DNA of 64,000 nt from an uncultured Acidimicrobiaceae bacterium (lineage in GTDB: Bacteria; Actinomycetota; Acidimicrobiia; Acidimicrobiales; Ilumatobacteraceae). The notes under the pieces were generated by a model. It had not been told where the DNA came from and made no database searches. It saw only the letters and a program-made list of their open reading frames with translations. The position numbers and the translations under genes are program-made. Shown here one piece after another: positions 45,525 through 56,008 of this stretch (within the stretch, counting starts at the first letter, position 1; each line of letters starts with the position of its first letter). The DNA is taken from assembly GCA_963791635.1 (NCBI GenBank), contig CAWBTC010000004.1, forward strand, positions 20,422 through 84,421. Reading direction: 5' to 3'.

Positions 45525-45566
45525 CGAACACGCTGCGTGACCTGGCGTGACCTGGGCGTGACCTGG
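45525..45566. repeat. Tandem repeat, 10/11-bp unit gcgtgacctg(g) x4, with GTGAC cores phased at 10-11 bp
   Basis: GTGAC cores start at 45527, 45537, 45548 and 45558. The array lies 32 nt after the DUF721 stop and about 200 nt upstream of the gyrB start. Confidence 0.88.
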
Positions 45567-45766
45567 ACGTGACAGGGTCGGCTCGAGGGCCGAGGCTCCA
45601 CCTCGACGTGGCACCCCCACGGTAGACTGGTGCCCATATCGCGGCCCCTGCTCGCGGCACCGTCCGTGCCTTCGCGAGCAGCTCGCCGCCAACCATGACG
45701 CCGCAGGTCAACCCATCTTTTCGGCCTGTGTTCGTCTTCGTATCAACGTGATGACTCGAGGTGTGA

Positions 45767-47724
45767 GTGTCCAGCGACACCAACAAGGCAGCGGCCGACT
45801 ACGGGGCCAAGGACATCCAGGTCCTGGAGGGCCTCGACCCGGTCCGCAAGCGGCCCGGCATGTACATCGGTTCCACCGGTCTCCAGGGGCTCCACCACCT
45901 GATCTGGGAGGTCGTCGACAACTCGGTCGACGAGGCGATGGCGGGCTACTGCAGCCGGATCGGTGTCACGATCCTGGCCGACGGTGGCTGTCGCGTCGAC
46001 GACAACGGTCGAGGCGTTCCGGTCGACCCGTACCCCTCCGGCCCGCACAAGGGCAAGAGCGCGGCCGAGGTCGTGCTCACCGTGCTGCACGCCGGTGGCA
46101 AGTTCGGCGGCGAAGGGTACAAGGTCTCCGGTGGCCTGCACGGTGTGGGTGTCAGCGTCGTCAACGCGCTGAGCGAGCGCCTGCTGATCGAGGTCGATCG
46201 TGGCGGTCGCCGTTACCAGCAGGAGTATGCGAAGGGTGGCAAGCCGCAAGGCGCACTCGCCGACGTCGGCCCCACACCGGCCGACACCAGGGTCAACGGC
46301 ACCACCGTGACGTTCTGGCCCGACCCCACGATCTTCCTGGCCGAGGGCACCGATTTCGTGGCCCGGACGGTGCTCGAGCGCCTGCAGACGATGGCGTTCC
46401 TCAACAAGGGCCTCGAGATCGTCTTCGAGGACCAGCGCGAAGGCCAGACCCAGCAGGTGACGTACCAGTACAAGGGCGGCATCGTCGACTTCGTGAAGCA
46501 CCTGAACATGTCGAAAGAGGCGCTGTTCAGCAAGGTCGCCCACTACGAGGACGACGACACCGAGGGCGGCCAGACCCTCGACATCGCGATCCAGTGGAAC
46601 ACCGGCTACCACGAGGGCATCCATGGCTACGCAAACGGCATCTCCACCATCGAGGGAGGCATGCACGTCGAGGGCTTCAAGACGGCCCTCACGGCGACGG
46701 TCAACAAGTACGCCAAGGCGAAGAACCTGCTGAAGGAAAAGGATGATCTCTTCCTCGGCGAGGACATCCGCGAAGGAATCACTGCGATCGTCGCGGTGAA
46801 GTTGCGTGAACCGCAGTTCGAGGGTCAGACCAAGGCCAAGCTCGGCAACGTGCCGATGCGCTCGTTCGTGCAGAAGGCCACGAACGAGCGCCTGGCCGAG
46901 TGGCTCGAGGAGAACCCCACCGAGGCCAACCGCGTCGTGAAGAAGGCCCAGGCCGCGTCGCAGGCTCGCCTTGCCGCGAAGAACGCCCGCAACGCGATTC
47001 GCCGGAAGACCGCGCTCGCCGGAGCGGGTATGCCCGACAAGCTGAAGGACTGCTCGAGCGGCAACCCCGACGAGAGTGAGCTGTTCATCGTCGAGGGCGA
47101 CTCGGCTGGCGGCTCTGCGTTGAACGCGCGCGACCCGCGCACCCAGGCGCTGCTGCCGATCCGCGGCAAGATCCTCAACGTCGAGCGCGCCCGCCTCGAC
47201 AAGATGCTGAAGAACAACGAAGTGCAGAGCCTGATCACCGCGATCGGCGGTGGCGTCGGCGATGAGTTCGACGCCGCCAAGGCCCGCTATCACAAGATCA
47301 TCCTGCTGGCCGACGCCGATGTCGACGGCAGCCACATCCGCACGCTGCTGCTCACGTTCTTCTACCGCCAGATGCGCCCGCTGGTCGAGGCCGGATTCGT
47401 CTACATCGCCCAGCCGCCACTGTTTTCCACGGTGGTCGGCAAGGAGAAGATCTACCTCAAAGACGAGCATGCGAAGGCCCTGTGGTTGGAAGCGCACCCC
47501 AACCACAAGAAGGAGTTCCAGCGTCTGAAGGGTCTGGGCGAAATGGACTGGCAAGAGCTCAAGCCCACCACCATGGATGCGTCCACGCGCACCCTGTTGC
47601 AGGTCGAGGTCGAACAGGCCGCGATCGCCGACGAGATGATGAGCGTGCTGATGGGCGAGAACGTCGACCTCCGCAAGAACTTCATCGTGACCAATGCCCG
47701 TGACGTGAGGAACCTCGACTTCTG

Positions 47725-47725
<1 letters not shown>
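45767..47725 (+). CDS. gyrB: DNA gyrase subunit B
   Basis: [26 protein letters not shown], the GHKL ATPase fold, Toprim EGDSAGGSA, and [10 protein letters not shown]-like IRGKILNVE. Confidence 0.97.
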
Positions 47726-50493
<2,768 letters not shown>

Positions 50494-50509
50494 CCAGTGG
50501 AGGTGTGGG

Positions 50510-50845
50510 ATGCGACGAGCATCGAATCAGATGCCGGACGTCGGCTGCCGGTCCGACGATCACGGCAGCGCGGTGTTGATGGTGACGGTGGCGGTGGTGA
50601 TGGCTGGGCTCGTGGCGGTGGCCACGGCCGAGCTCGGGGTGGCGATGGTGCAGCGACAGCGTGCGCAGATCGCAGCTGACGCGGCCGCGTTGGCCGGATT
50701 GGAGGGAGGCCGCACGGGGGCCGACCGCCTCGCCAGAGCCAACGGTGGACAGCTCGCCGAGTTCGACCGCGACGACTGGACCGTCACCGTCACGGTCCGT
50801 CTGGGTGACGCGACCGCCCGTGCGAGTGCGTCCGACGGGCCGTGA
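50510..50845 (+). CDS. TadE-like (Rv3654c-type, helicase/secretion-neighbourhood) pseudopilin-like protein, orphan
   Basis: A GGAGG lies 7 nt before ATG 50510. The pattern DDHGSAVLMVTVAVVMAGLVAVATAELGVAMVQRQRAQIAADAAALAG...ARANGGQLAEF...VTVTV matches the family. The family was recalled from memory, not searched. Confidence 0.55.
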   Translation: MRRASNQMPDVGCRSDDHGSAVLMVTVAVVMAGLVAVATAELGVAMVQRQRAQIAADAAALAGLEGGRTGADRLARANGGQLAEFDRDDWTVTVTVRLGDATARASASDGP

Positions 50846-50959
50846 TCATCCCGCTGACCAGCCACAAGTGTCGCGGACCCGGTCCAAGTGGTGGAACGCG
50901 AGCATCCACCGATCGCGAGGCGCGCCTGTCTGTGCGGTCCGGTTCTCTAAGCTCGGATC

Positions 50960-51877
50960 GTGACCCCCGGCGATCCCAGCGCTCCGAAGCCCTCTGCGGT
51001 AGCGCGCACAGCGAGCCGGACCACACCCAAGAAGGCATTGAAGTCCACCAAATCAACCGCCACCGGAGCGCGAGAGCCGCGAGTATCGGTCTCCAAGGCC
51101 GGTGTCGCCGCCAAGCGCAACGGCTCGTCAGCGGCATCCGCTGGCGATGACATCCTCGATCGCCTGGCCAGGCTCGGTGAGGCGCCCGCACCTCCCGAGG
51201 CGCCGACGGATTCGATCCCGTTGCCCACGATCGTCGAGGCTGACCCCACCTATCCGCCGCTGTCGGTGCCTGCTGCGGCCCGTGCCAGCGGCACGACCCC
51301 TGATACCGACACCGACACCGACACGGCCACGGCTACCGACACGGCTACCGACACGGTCAGCGATACCGATGCCACGGGTGGCACCAGCATCGACGATGCC
51401 GATGTCACGGCTGACGTCGACCGGAGCGGTGGCCTCCGTGTGCCGCAGGCGAGGAGTGAGAGCCCTGCACCGGTGCTCGAGCCTGCCGGGACTGCTTCGG
51501 TGACGACCGCGGCCGTGCGTGAGACGTCCGTGTCGGCCGATCTGCCGACGGCATTGGTCGCCGCCCCGGCACCGGCCTCAGTGCCGATCGCGCCGATACC
51601 TGAGAGTCCGTCGCTGCCGACGATCGAGAGCCTGGCTCCGGCGCCGGAGCACACCGAGGTCGTGCCCGTGGTGCCCACCATGCCCTTCGACCTCGTTCCC
51701 GCTCCGAGCGCCCCGGCGACGGGGTCGACGAGACCTCCGGTGTGGTGTTGCCGAAGCGACCACTGCGGGCACCGATGGTGTTCCGCAGGGCCAAGCCCCG
51801 GGTGCGACGCGTCACGCGCGTCGTGCGTCATCTGGACACCTGGAGCGTGTTCAAGGTCGCGCTCGTGTTCAACGTGA
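50960..51877 (+). CDS. Pro/Ala/Thr/Asp-rich low-complexity ORF, probably the N-terminal part of the DUF3566 protein separated by a frame break
   Basis: The ORF carries the basic N-terminus KKALKSTKSTATG and the tract DTDTDTDTATATDTATDTVSDTD, encoded by a repeat at about 51300-51365. Its last ~45 codons are Cys/Arg/Ser-rich and overlap the DUF3566 frame. Confidence 0.4.
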   Translation: MTPGDPSAPKPSAVARTASRTTPKKALKSTKSTATGAREPRVSVSKAGVAAKRNGSSAASAGDDILDRLARLGEAPAPPEAPTDSIPLPTIVEADPTYPPLSVPAAARASGTTPDTDTDTDTATATDTATDTVSDTDATGGTSIDDADVTADVDRSGGLRVPQARSESPAPVLEPAGTASVTTAAVRETSVSADLPTALVAAPAPASVPIAPIPESPSLPTIESLAPAPEHTEVVPVVPTMPFDLVPAPSAPATGSTRPPVWCCRSDHCGHRWCSAGPSPGCDASRASCVIWTPGACSRSRSCST

Positions 51878-52221
51878 TTCTCTACCTGGTGTGTCTCACC
51901 TCGGGTGTGCTCCTGTGGAACGTGGCGCACGCGACCGGCACGGTCGACAACGTCGAGAAGTTCTTCGAGCAGTTCGGCTGGGAGAGCTTCGAGTTCAAGG
52001 GCGGCGAGATCTATCACAACGCCTGGATCGGGGGACTGTTCGTCGCCGTCGGGCTCACCGGATTCGCGGTGCTGCTCGCGACGCTGTTCAACCTGATCAC
52101 CGACCTCGTGGGTGGGATCCGGGTGAGCGTCTTGGAGGAAGAGGTCGTTGCCAAGCCTCGTCCACCGGCCTCAGCGAGCCCGATGAGTGCCGACGCGACC
52201 GACAGCGCTTCTCGTCCCTGA
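51742..52221 (+). CDS. DUF3566 (Rv0007-like) transmembrane domain protein
   Basis: RRVTRVVRHLDTWSVFKVALVFNVILYLVCLTSGVLLWNV...WIGGLFVAVGLTGFAVLLATLFNLITDLVGGIRVSV. It lies after gyrA and before tRNA-Ile, as Rv0007 does. The first start codon in this frame is GTG 51742, but the frame is open further upstream. Confidence 0.78.
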   Translation: MVLPKRPLRAPMVFRRAKPRVRRVTRVVRHLDTWSVFKVALVFNVILYLVCLTSGVLLWNVAHATGTVDNVEKFFEQFGWESFEFKGGEIYHNAWIGGLFVAVGLTGFAVLLATLFNLITDLVGGIRVSVLEEEVVAKPRPPASASPMSADATDSASRP

Positions 52222-52311
52222 CCTGGACCCGGCAGCGCAGGTCTCGGTCAGGTGGCCGTTCTCGGTTGAGGGTTTCTCCCGTCGCCCGATAGCCTGGCGA
52301 ATCGCCACAGC

Positions 52312-52385
52312 GGGGCTATAGCTCAGTCGGTTAGAGCGCATCCCTGATAAGGATGAGGTCACAAGTTCGATTCTTGTTAGCCCCA
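52312..52385 (+). tRNA. ileT: tRNA-Ile (anticodon GAT)
   Basis: 74-nt cloverleaf. The acceptor stem is GGGGCTA/TAGCCCC with discriminator A. The D-arm is GCTCAGTCGGTTAGAGC. The anticodon stem CATCC/GGATG encloses the loop CTGATAA. The T-arm is ACAAGTTCGATTCTTGT. No CCA is encoded. The position after the Rv0007-like gene matches Mycobacterium ileT. Confidence 0.93.
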
Positions 52386-52405
52386 CGAGCCGTTGTGCGG
52401 CGAAG

Positions 52406-52440
52406 TGCCCAGGTCGATGACCTGGGCATTCTTGCTTTTC
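52406..52440 (+). terminator. Canonical intrinsic terminator after tRNA-Ile
   Basis: Perfect 10-bp stem tgcccaggtc (52406-15) / gacctgggca (52419-28) with the loop gat, followed by the T-rich ttcttgcttttctgc. Confidence 0.8.
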
Positions 52441-52584
52441 TGCTCAACCTGTGGTCGATCCGGTGATCGCCAGCGCTGCGGGAGAGTTCGGGCTGCGATG
52501 CGAGGAAGGCAGTGGCGCGCTCGTCCAACGCCGATGGGTCACCGCTCCACGTGACTGGCGCCCCGGCGCCTGAACGGGCACGAT

Positions 52585-52830
52585 TTGCTCATGTCGCGAC
52601 GCGCGCTGATCGTGACCAGCGGGGTACCCGGCACTGGGAAGTCCACGTTGGCGACGGCCCTCGCGGGCGAGTTTCACGCGGCTCTCCTGTCGAAGGATGT
52701 CATCGAAGCGGCACTCTGGCGGCGCGGCAATTGCCCAGGGCCCTTCTGCTCGTGCGGTGGTCCGATGACTTCTCGGCACCCGTGTCGTCCTCATGACAAC
52801 GTCGCACGACGAGCTGGACGACGAACGTGA
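52585..52830 (+). pseudogene. Truncated P-loop kinase/AAA-family ATPase fragment
   Basis: The first ~48 aa look genuine (RRALIVTSGVPGTGKSTLATALAGEFHAALLSKDVIEAALW). The sequence then degenerates (GNCPGPFCSCGG...), and none of the three frames continues the fold. Confidence 0.45.
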
Positions 52831-52854
52831 CGACGAACAGCGAAAGGATTGCTC

Positions 52855-53331
52855 ATGCCACTGCTCACGCCCAACCTGTGGTTCGACACCGAGGCCCTCG
52901 AGGCCGCCGAGTTCTACGTGTCGGTGTTCCCGAACTCGCGCATCACCAACGTCAGCCACTACGGCGAGGGCGGGATGCGTGAGGCAGGGATGGTGCTCAC
53001 CGTCGAGTACGAACTCGATGGGCAGCGGATGACCAACATCAACGGCGGTCCCCAGTTCCACTTCGATGAAGCGGTGTCGCTGCTCATCGACTGTGCCGAT
53101 CAGGCGGATGTCGACCGCTACTGGGAGCTGCTCACGGCCGGTGGCGGTCAGCCGGGCAGGTGCGGTTGGTTGAAGGACAAGTACGGGTTCTCCTGGCAGG
53201 TGGTGCCCGACGGTCTGGTGGAACTCATGACCGACACCGACTCGGACCGGGTGCAGCGGGCGATGGCGGCGATGATGTCGATGACCAAGCTCGAGATCGC
53301 GATCCTGCGCGCGGCCGCCGATGGCGAGTGA
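52855..53331 (+). CDS. VOC-superfamily protein of the PhnB/YjdN type (3-demethylubiquinone-9 3-methyltransferase-like domain)
   Basis: MPLLTPNLWFDTEALEAAEFYVSVFPNSRI...LDGQRMTNINGGPQFHFDEAVSLLIDC..QADVDRYWELL...CGWLKDKYGFSWQVVP. An AAAGGA lies 6 nt before the ATG. Confidence 0.8.
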   Translation: MPLLTPNLWFDTEALEAAEFYVSVFPNSRITNVSHYGEGGMREAGMVLTVEYELDGQRMTNINGGPQFHFDEAVSLLIDCADQADVDRYWELLTAGGGQPGRCGWLKDKYGFSWQVVPDGLVELMTDTDSDRVQRAMAAMMSMTKLEIAILRAAADGE

Positions 53332-53521
53332 CCGGAGCATGACTCGAGGCGCTGGACCCCTCGCCGGATCGCCTTGCTAGCCTCCGCGGGGTGAAGCTCC
53401 TCCGCCGTGCGCTGCTCGCGCTCTCCCTCGCCAGCCTGATCGCGGGCTCGCTGCGGCTGCGCGGCAAGGGTGGGGTGCCTCCGCAGGAGGGTGGCTGGCG
53501 TGAGCTTCGGCTGCCGCCCCA

Positions 53522-54547
53522 GTGAGTGCTCCAGTGAGTGATCTCGTGGGTGCCGGCTCGAGTCCGATCGTCGGTGTCTGCGGGGCGGGTGTCACCGGTC
53601 AATCGATCGGTCGTGTTCTGCGCACGCTCGGGGTGCGCGTGGCTTGGTACGACCCGGCCACCGGCGCAGCGGGACGCGCCAGCCAGCGTTACGGCGGTGT
53701 GGTGCTCGACAGTCCCGACGAGCTGCGAGTGGTGGATGCAGTCGTGCTCGCATCGCCGGGGCCGCACTGTGAGACGGCGGCATCGTTGATCGACGACGGC
53801 CTTCACGTCGTGTCGCTGAGCGACGATCACGCTGACGTGTCGGAGCTGTTGGGGTTGCAGCGACGCGCCGAAACCGCTGGGTCGCGGCTCGTGGTTGGCG
53901 CCGCCCTTTCGCCGGGGCTCACCGGTCTGCTCGTTCGGCACCTGGTGATCCAACTCCACGTGGCCGACGAGGTGCACGTGTCGATGCACGGAACCGGCGG
54001 ACCGGCGTGTGCGCGCCAGCACCACGGCGCGCTCGGCGGCCGCGCGTGGGCCTGGCACGACGGCGAGTGGGTGGAGCGACTCGGCGGCAGTGGACGCGAG
54101 CTGTGCTGGTTCCCCGAACCGATCGGTTCGGCCGACTGCTACCGCGCAGCGCTGGCCGACCCCGTGTTGTTGCACCGGGCGTTCCCGCAGGCCTCGAGAG
54201 TGTCGGCGCGGGTATCGGCCACCCGTCGCGACCGGATGACTGCGAGGTTGCCGATGCTCGCTCCGCCGCACGCCGAAGGTGATCGTGGCGCAGTGCGTGT
54301 TGAAGTGCGTGGCGGGCTCGCCGACGGATCGCGCGAGACGTTGGTGGTCGGTGCCGTTGGCCGCACCGGAGACCTCGCGGGCACTGTTGCGGCGCTCTTC
54401 GCGGTGACGTGCATCGAGGGCAGCGTGCCGGTCGGCGTCTCCGTCGCAGGTGAGGATCCGCAGCTCAGTCGGCGGCTGCTGGCGTCGGTGGTGTCGTGCG
54501 GTGTGCAACTGCACGAGTTCACCGGTGTGGCGCGCGTTGCAGTGTGA
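53522..54547 (+). CDS. NAD(P)-binding saccharopine-dehydrogenase-like protein
   Basis: N-terminal Rossmann motif VGVCGAGVTGQSIG, and normal composition over 341 aa. The family call is tentative. Confidence 0.5.
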   Translation: MSAPVSDLVGAGSSPIVGVCGAGVTGQSIGRVLRTLGVRVAWYDPATGAAGRASQRYGGVVLDSPDELRVVDAVVLASPGPHCETAASLIDDGLHVVSLSDDHADVSELLGLQRRAETAGSRLVVGAALSPGLTGLLVRHLVIQLHVADEVHVSMHGTGGPACARQHHGALGGRAWAWHDGEWVERLGGSGRELCWFPEPIGSADCYRAALADPVLLHRAFPQASRVSARVSATRRDRMTARLPMLAPPHAEGDRGAVRVEVRGGLADGSRETLVVGAVGRTGDLAGTVAALFAVTCIEGSVPVGVSVAGEDPQLSRRLLASVVSCGVQLHEFTGVARVAV

Positions 54548-54571
54548 CCCGGTCACGGTCCAGATAGGCAT

Positions 54572-55465
54572 ATGGGCGAGATGAACGTCCCCACTCTCAC
54601 CATGCCCTGGTTGCCTGATGGCCGCACCGTTCCACTGCCCGGTCGCGGCGAGGCATTCGTGCGCATCCACCGACATCCCGACCCGTCGGCACCGTGGTTG
54701 TTGCTCCTCCACGGCTGGACCGCCAGCGCTGATCTGCAGTTCTTCACCGCCTACGAAGCGCTGGCCGAGCACTATTCGTTCGTGGCCGTCGACCATCGCG
54801 GTCACGGTCGGGGCATGCGCACGGCGCGCCCGTTCATCCTCGAAGACGCTGCTGACGACGCAGCCGCGATCGTGGCGCAGCTCGGCATCGGTTCGGTGAT
54901 CACCATCGGCTACTCGATGGGTGGGCCGATCAGCCTCCACCTGGCACGACGTCACCCCGAGGTGGTGCGGGCGATGGTGGTGCAGGCCACGGCGTTGGAG
55001 TGGCGCGCCACCCGATTCGAGCGCTTCCGGTGGAAGACGGTGCGACTCGTCGGACCGTTGATGCGCTCATGGGCGTACCCGCGCTGGTTGCGGTACGGGA
55101 TCACGAAGCTGCTCGGAGTCGGACACGAACTCGAGGTGTTCGTGCCCTGGCTCGAGGCCGAGACGCGTCGCGGCGATCCCCTCGCGATCGTGCAGGCCGG
55201 TCGGGCGCTCAGTCGCTACGACGCGCGTTCCTGGGCGTCGACGCTCGACAAGCCGGCCAGCTCGCTGGTCACCACCAGGGATCGGTTGGTGCTGCCGCGC
55301 AAGCAGCGCGAGTTGGCCTCGGCACTGCGTGCACACGTGGTCGAAGTCGCCGGCGATCACCTCGTGCCGTGGGAGGCGCCGAAGGCGTTCAGCGATGCCA
55401 CGCTCGCGTTGGTGGATCATCTCACCGGTCGAATCGCGACAACGGCTGCAGCCGCGAGGCAGTAG
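54572..55465 (+). CDS. Alpha/beta-fold hydrolase
   Basis: LLLLHGWTASADLQF, VAVDHRGHGRG, the nucleophile elbow GYSMGG, and a C-terminal GDHLVPWE containing the catalytic His. Confidence 0.88.
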   Translation: MGEMNVPTLTMPWLPDGRTVPLPGRGEAFVRIHRHPDPSAPWLLLLHGWTASADLQFFTAYEALAEHYSFVAVDHRGHGRGMRTARPFILEDAADDAAAIVAQLGIGSVITIGYSMGGPISLHLARRHPEVVRAMVVQATALEWRATRFERFRWKTVRLVGPLMRSWAYPRWLRYGITKLLGVGHELEVFVPWLEAETRRGDPLAIVQAGRALSRYDARSWASTLDKPASSLVTTRDRLVLPRKQRELASALRAHVVEVAGDHLVPWEAPKAFSDATLALVDHLTGRIATTAAAARQ

Positions 55466-55477
55466 ACCGAGCCGCTG

Positions 55478-56008
55478 TCAGTCGCGCGGGTCGTCGAGCG
55501 ACGAGCGCTTCGACGCGCCGATCTCGAGCTCGTCGAGTCGCTGGGTCATCCGTTCGATCGCGTCGGCCAGCCGGTCGAGGTGGTCGCCCATCTCGCTCGT
55601 GGTTGCCACGTCGGCGAGCGACAGGCGAATGCTTGCGAGCTCGCGGGCGAGGAACTCGGTGTCCGCCTGGGTGCGTTCGGCCACACGGCGGTCGAGCTCG
55701 GACTGGGTGCGGTCGCGCGATTCCTGGCGGTTCTGGGCGAGGAGGATCAGCGGTGCGGCGTAGGCGGCTTGCAGGCTGAGGAGCAGGGTGAGGCCGATGA
55801 ACTGCCATTCGTCGAATCGGAACGACGAGGGTCCGAGCACGTTCCACGCCACCCACGCGGCACAGAACACGCTCTGGTACACGAGGAAGCGGGCGGTGCC
55901 GATGAAGCGGGCGACGCTCTCGCTGAACCGGCCGAAATCGTCGTGGTCGTAGTGGACGCTGAGCAGCCGCCGCTGGCGCGGCGTGGTGAGGTCGTCGCGC
56001 CGGGTCAT
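55478..56008 (-). CDS. DUF1003 domain membrane protein
   Basis: GRFSESVARFIGTARFLVYQSVFCAAWVAWN...DEWQFIGLTLLLSLQAAYAAPLILLAQNRQ followed by a coiled-coil tail. ATGA overlap with the upstream gene. Confidence 0.8.
   Translation of the reverse strand: MTRRDDLTTPRQRRLLSVHYDHDDFGRFSESVARFIGTARFLVYQSVFCAAWVAWNVLGPSSFRFDEWQFIGLTLLLSLQAAYAAPLILLAQNRQESRDRTQSELDRRVAERTQADTEFLARELASIRLSLADVATTSEMGDHLDRLADAIERMTQRLDELEIGASKRSSLDDPRD

Noticed and set aside
13861-45566. The tandem-repeat arrays as CRISPR arrays.
   Set aside because: The units are contiguous, with no spacers, and only 9-16 bp long with 3-7 copies. No cas genes are present. They are micro/minisatellite-type repeats.
17663-45566. Assigning the phased GTGAC/GTCAC arrays to a specific known regulator such as PhoP PHO boxes or MtrA boxes.
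   Set aside because: The arrays share only a partial core with the consensus sequences I can recall. Without a PWM scan or binding data the assignment would be guesswork, so only the generic 'phased direct repeats' observation is kept.
52386-55470. An integrated island or prophage remnant downstream of tRNA-Ile, suggested by the truncated P-loop kinase fragment at 52585-52830.
   Set aside because: No integrase, transposase or phage gene is present. I could not spot a direct repeat of the tRNA 3' end. The downstream genes (VOC, Rossmann-fold protein, hydrolase) look like ordinary housekeeping or accessory genes with native composition.
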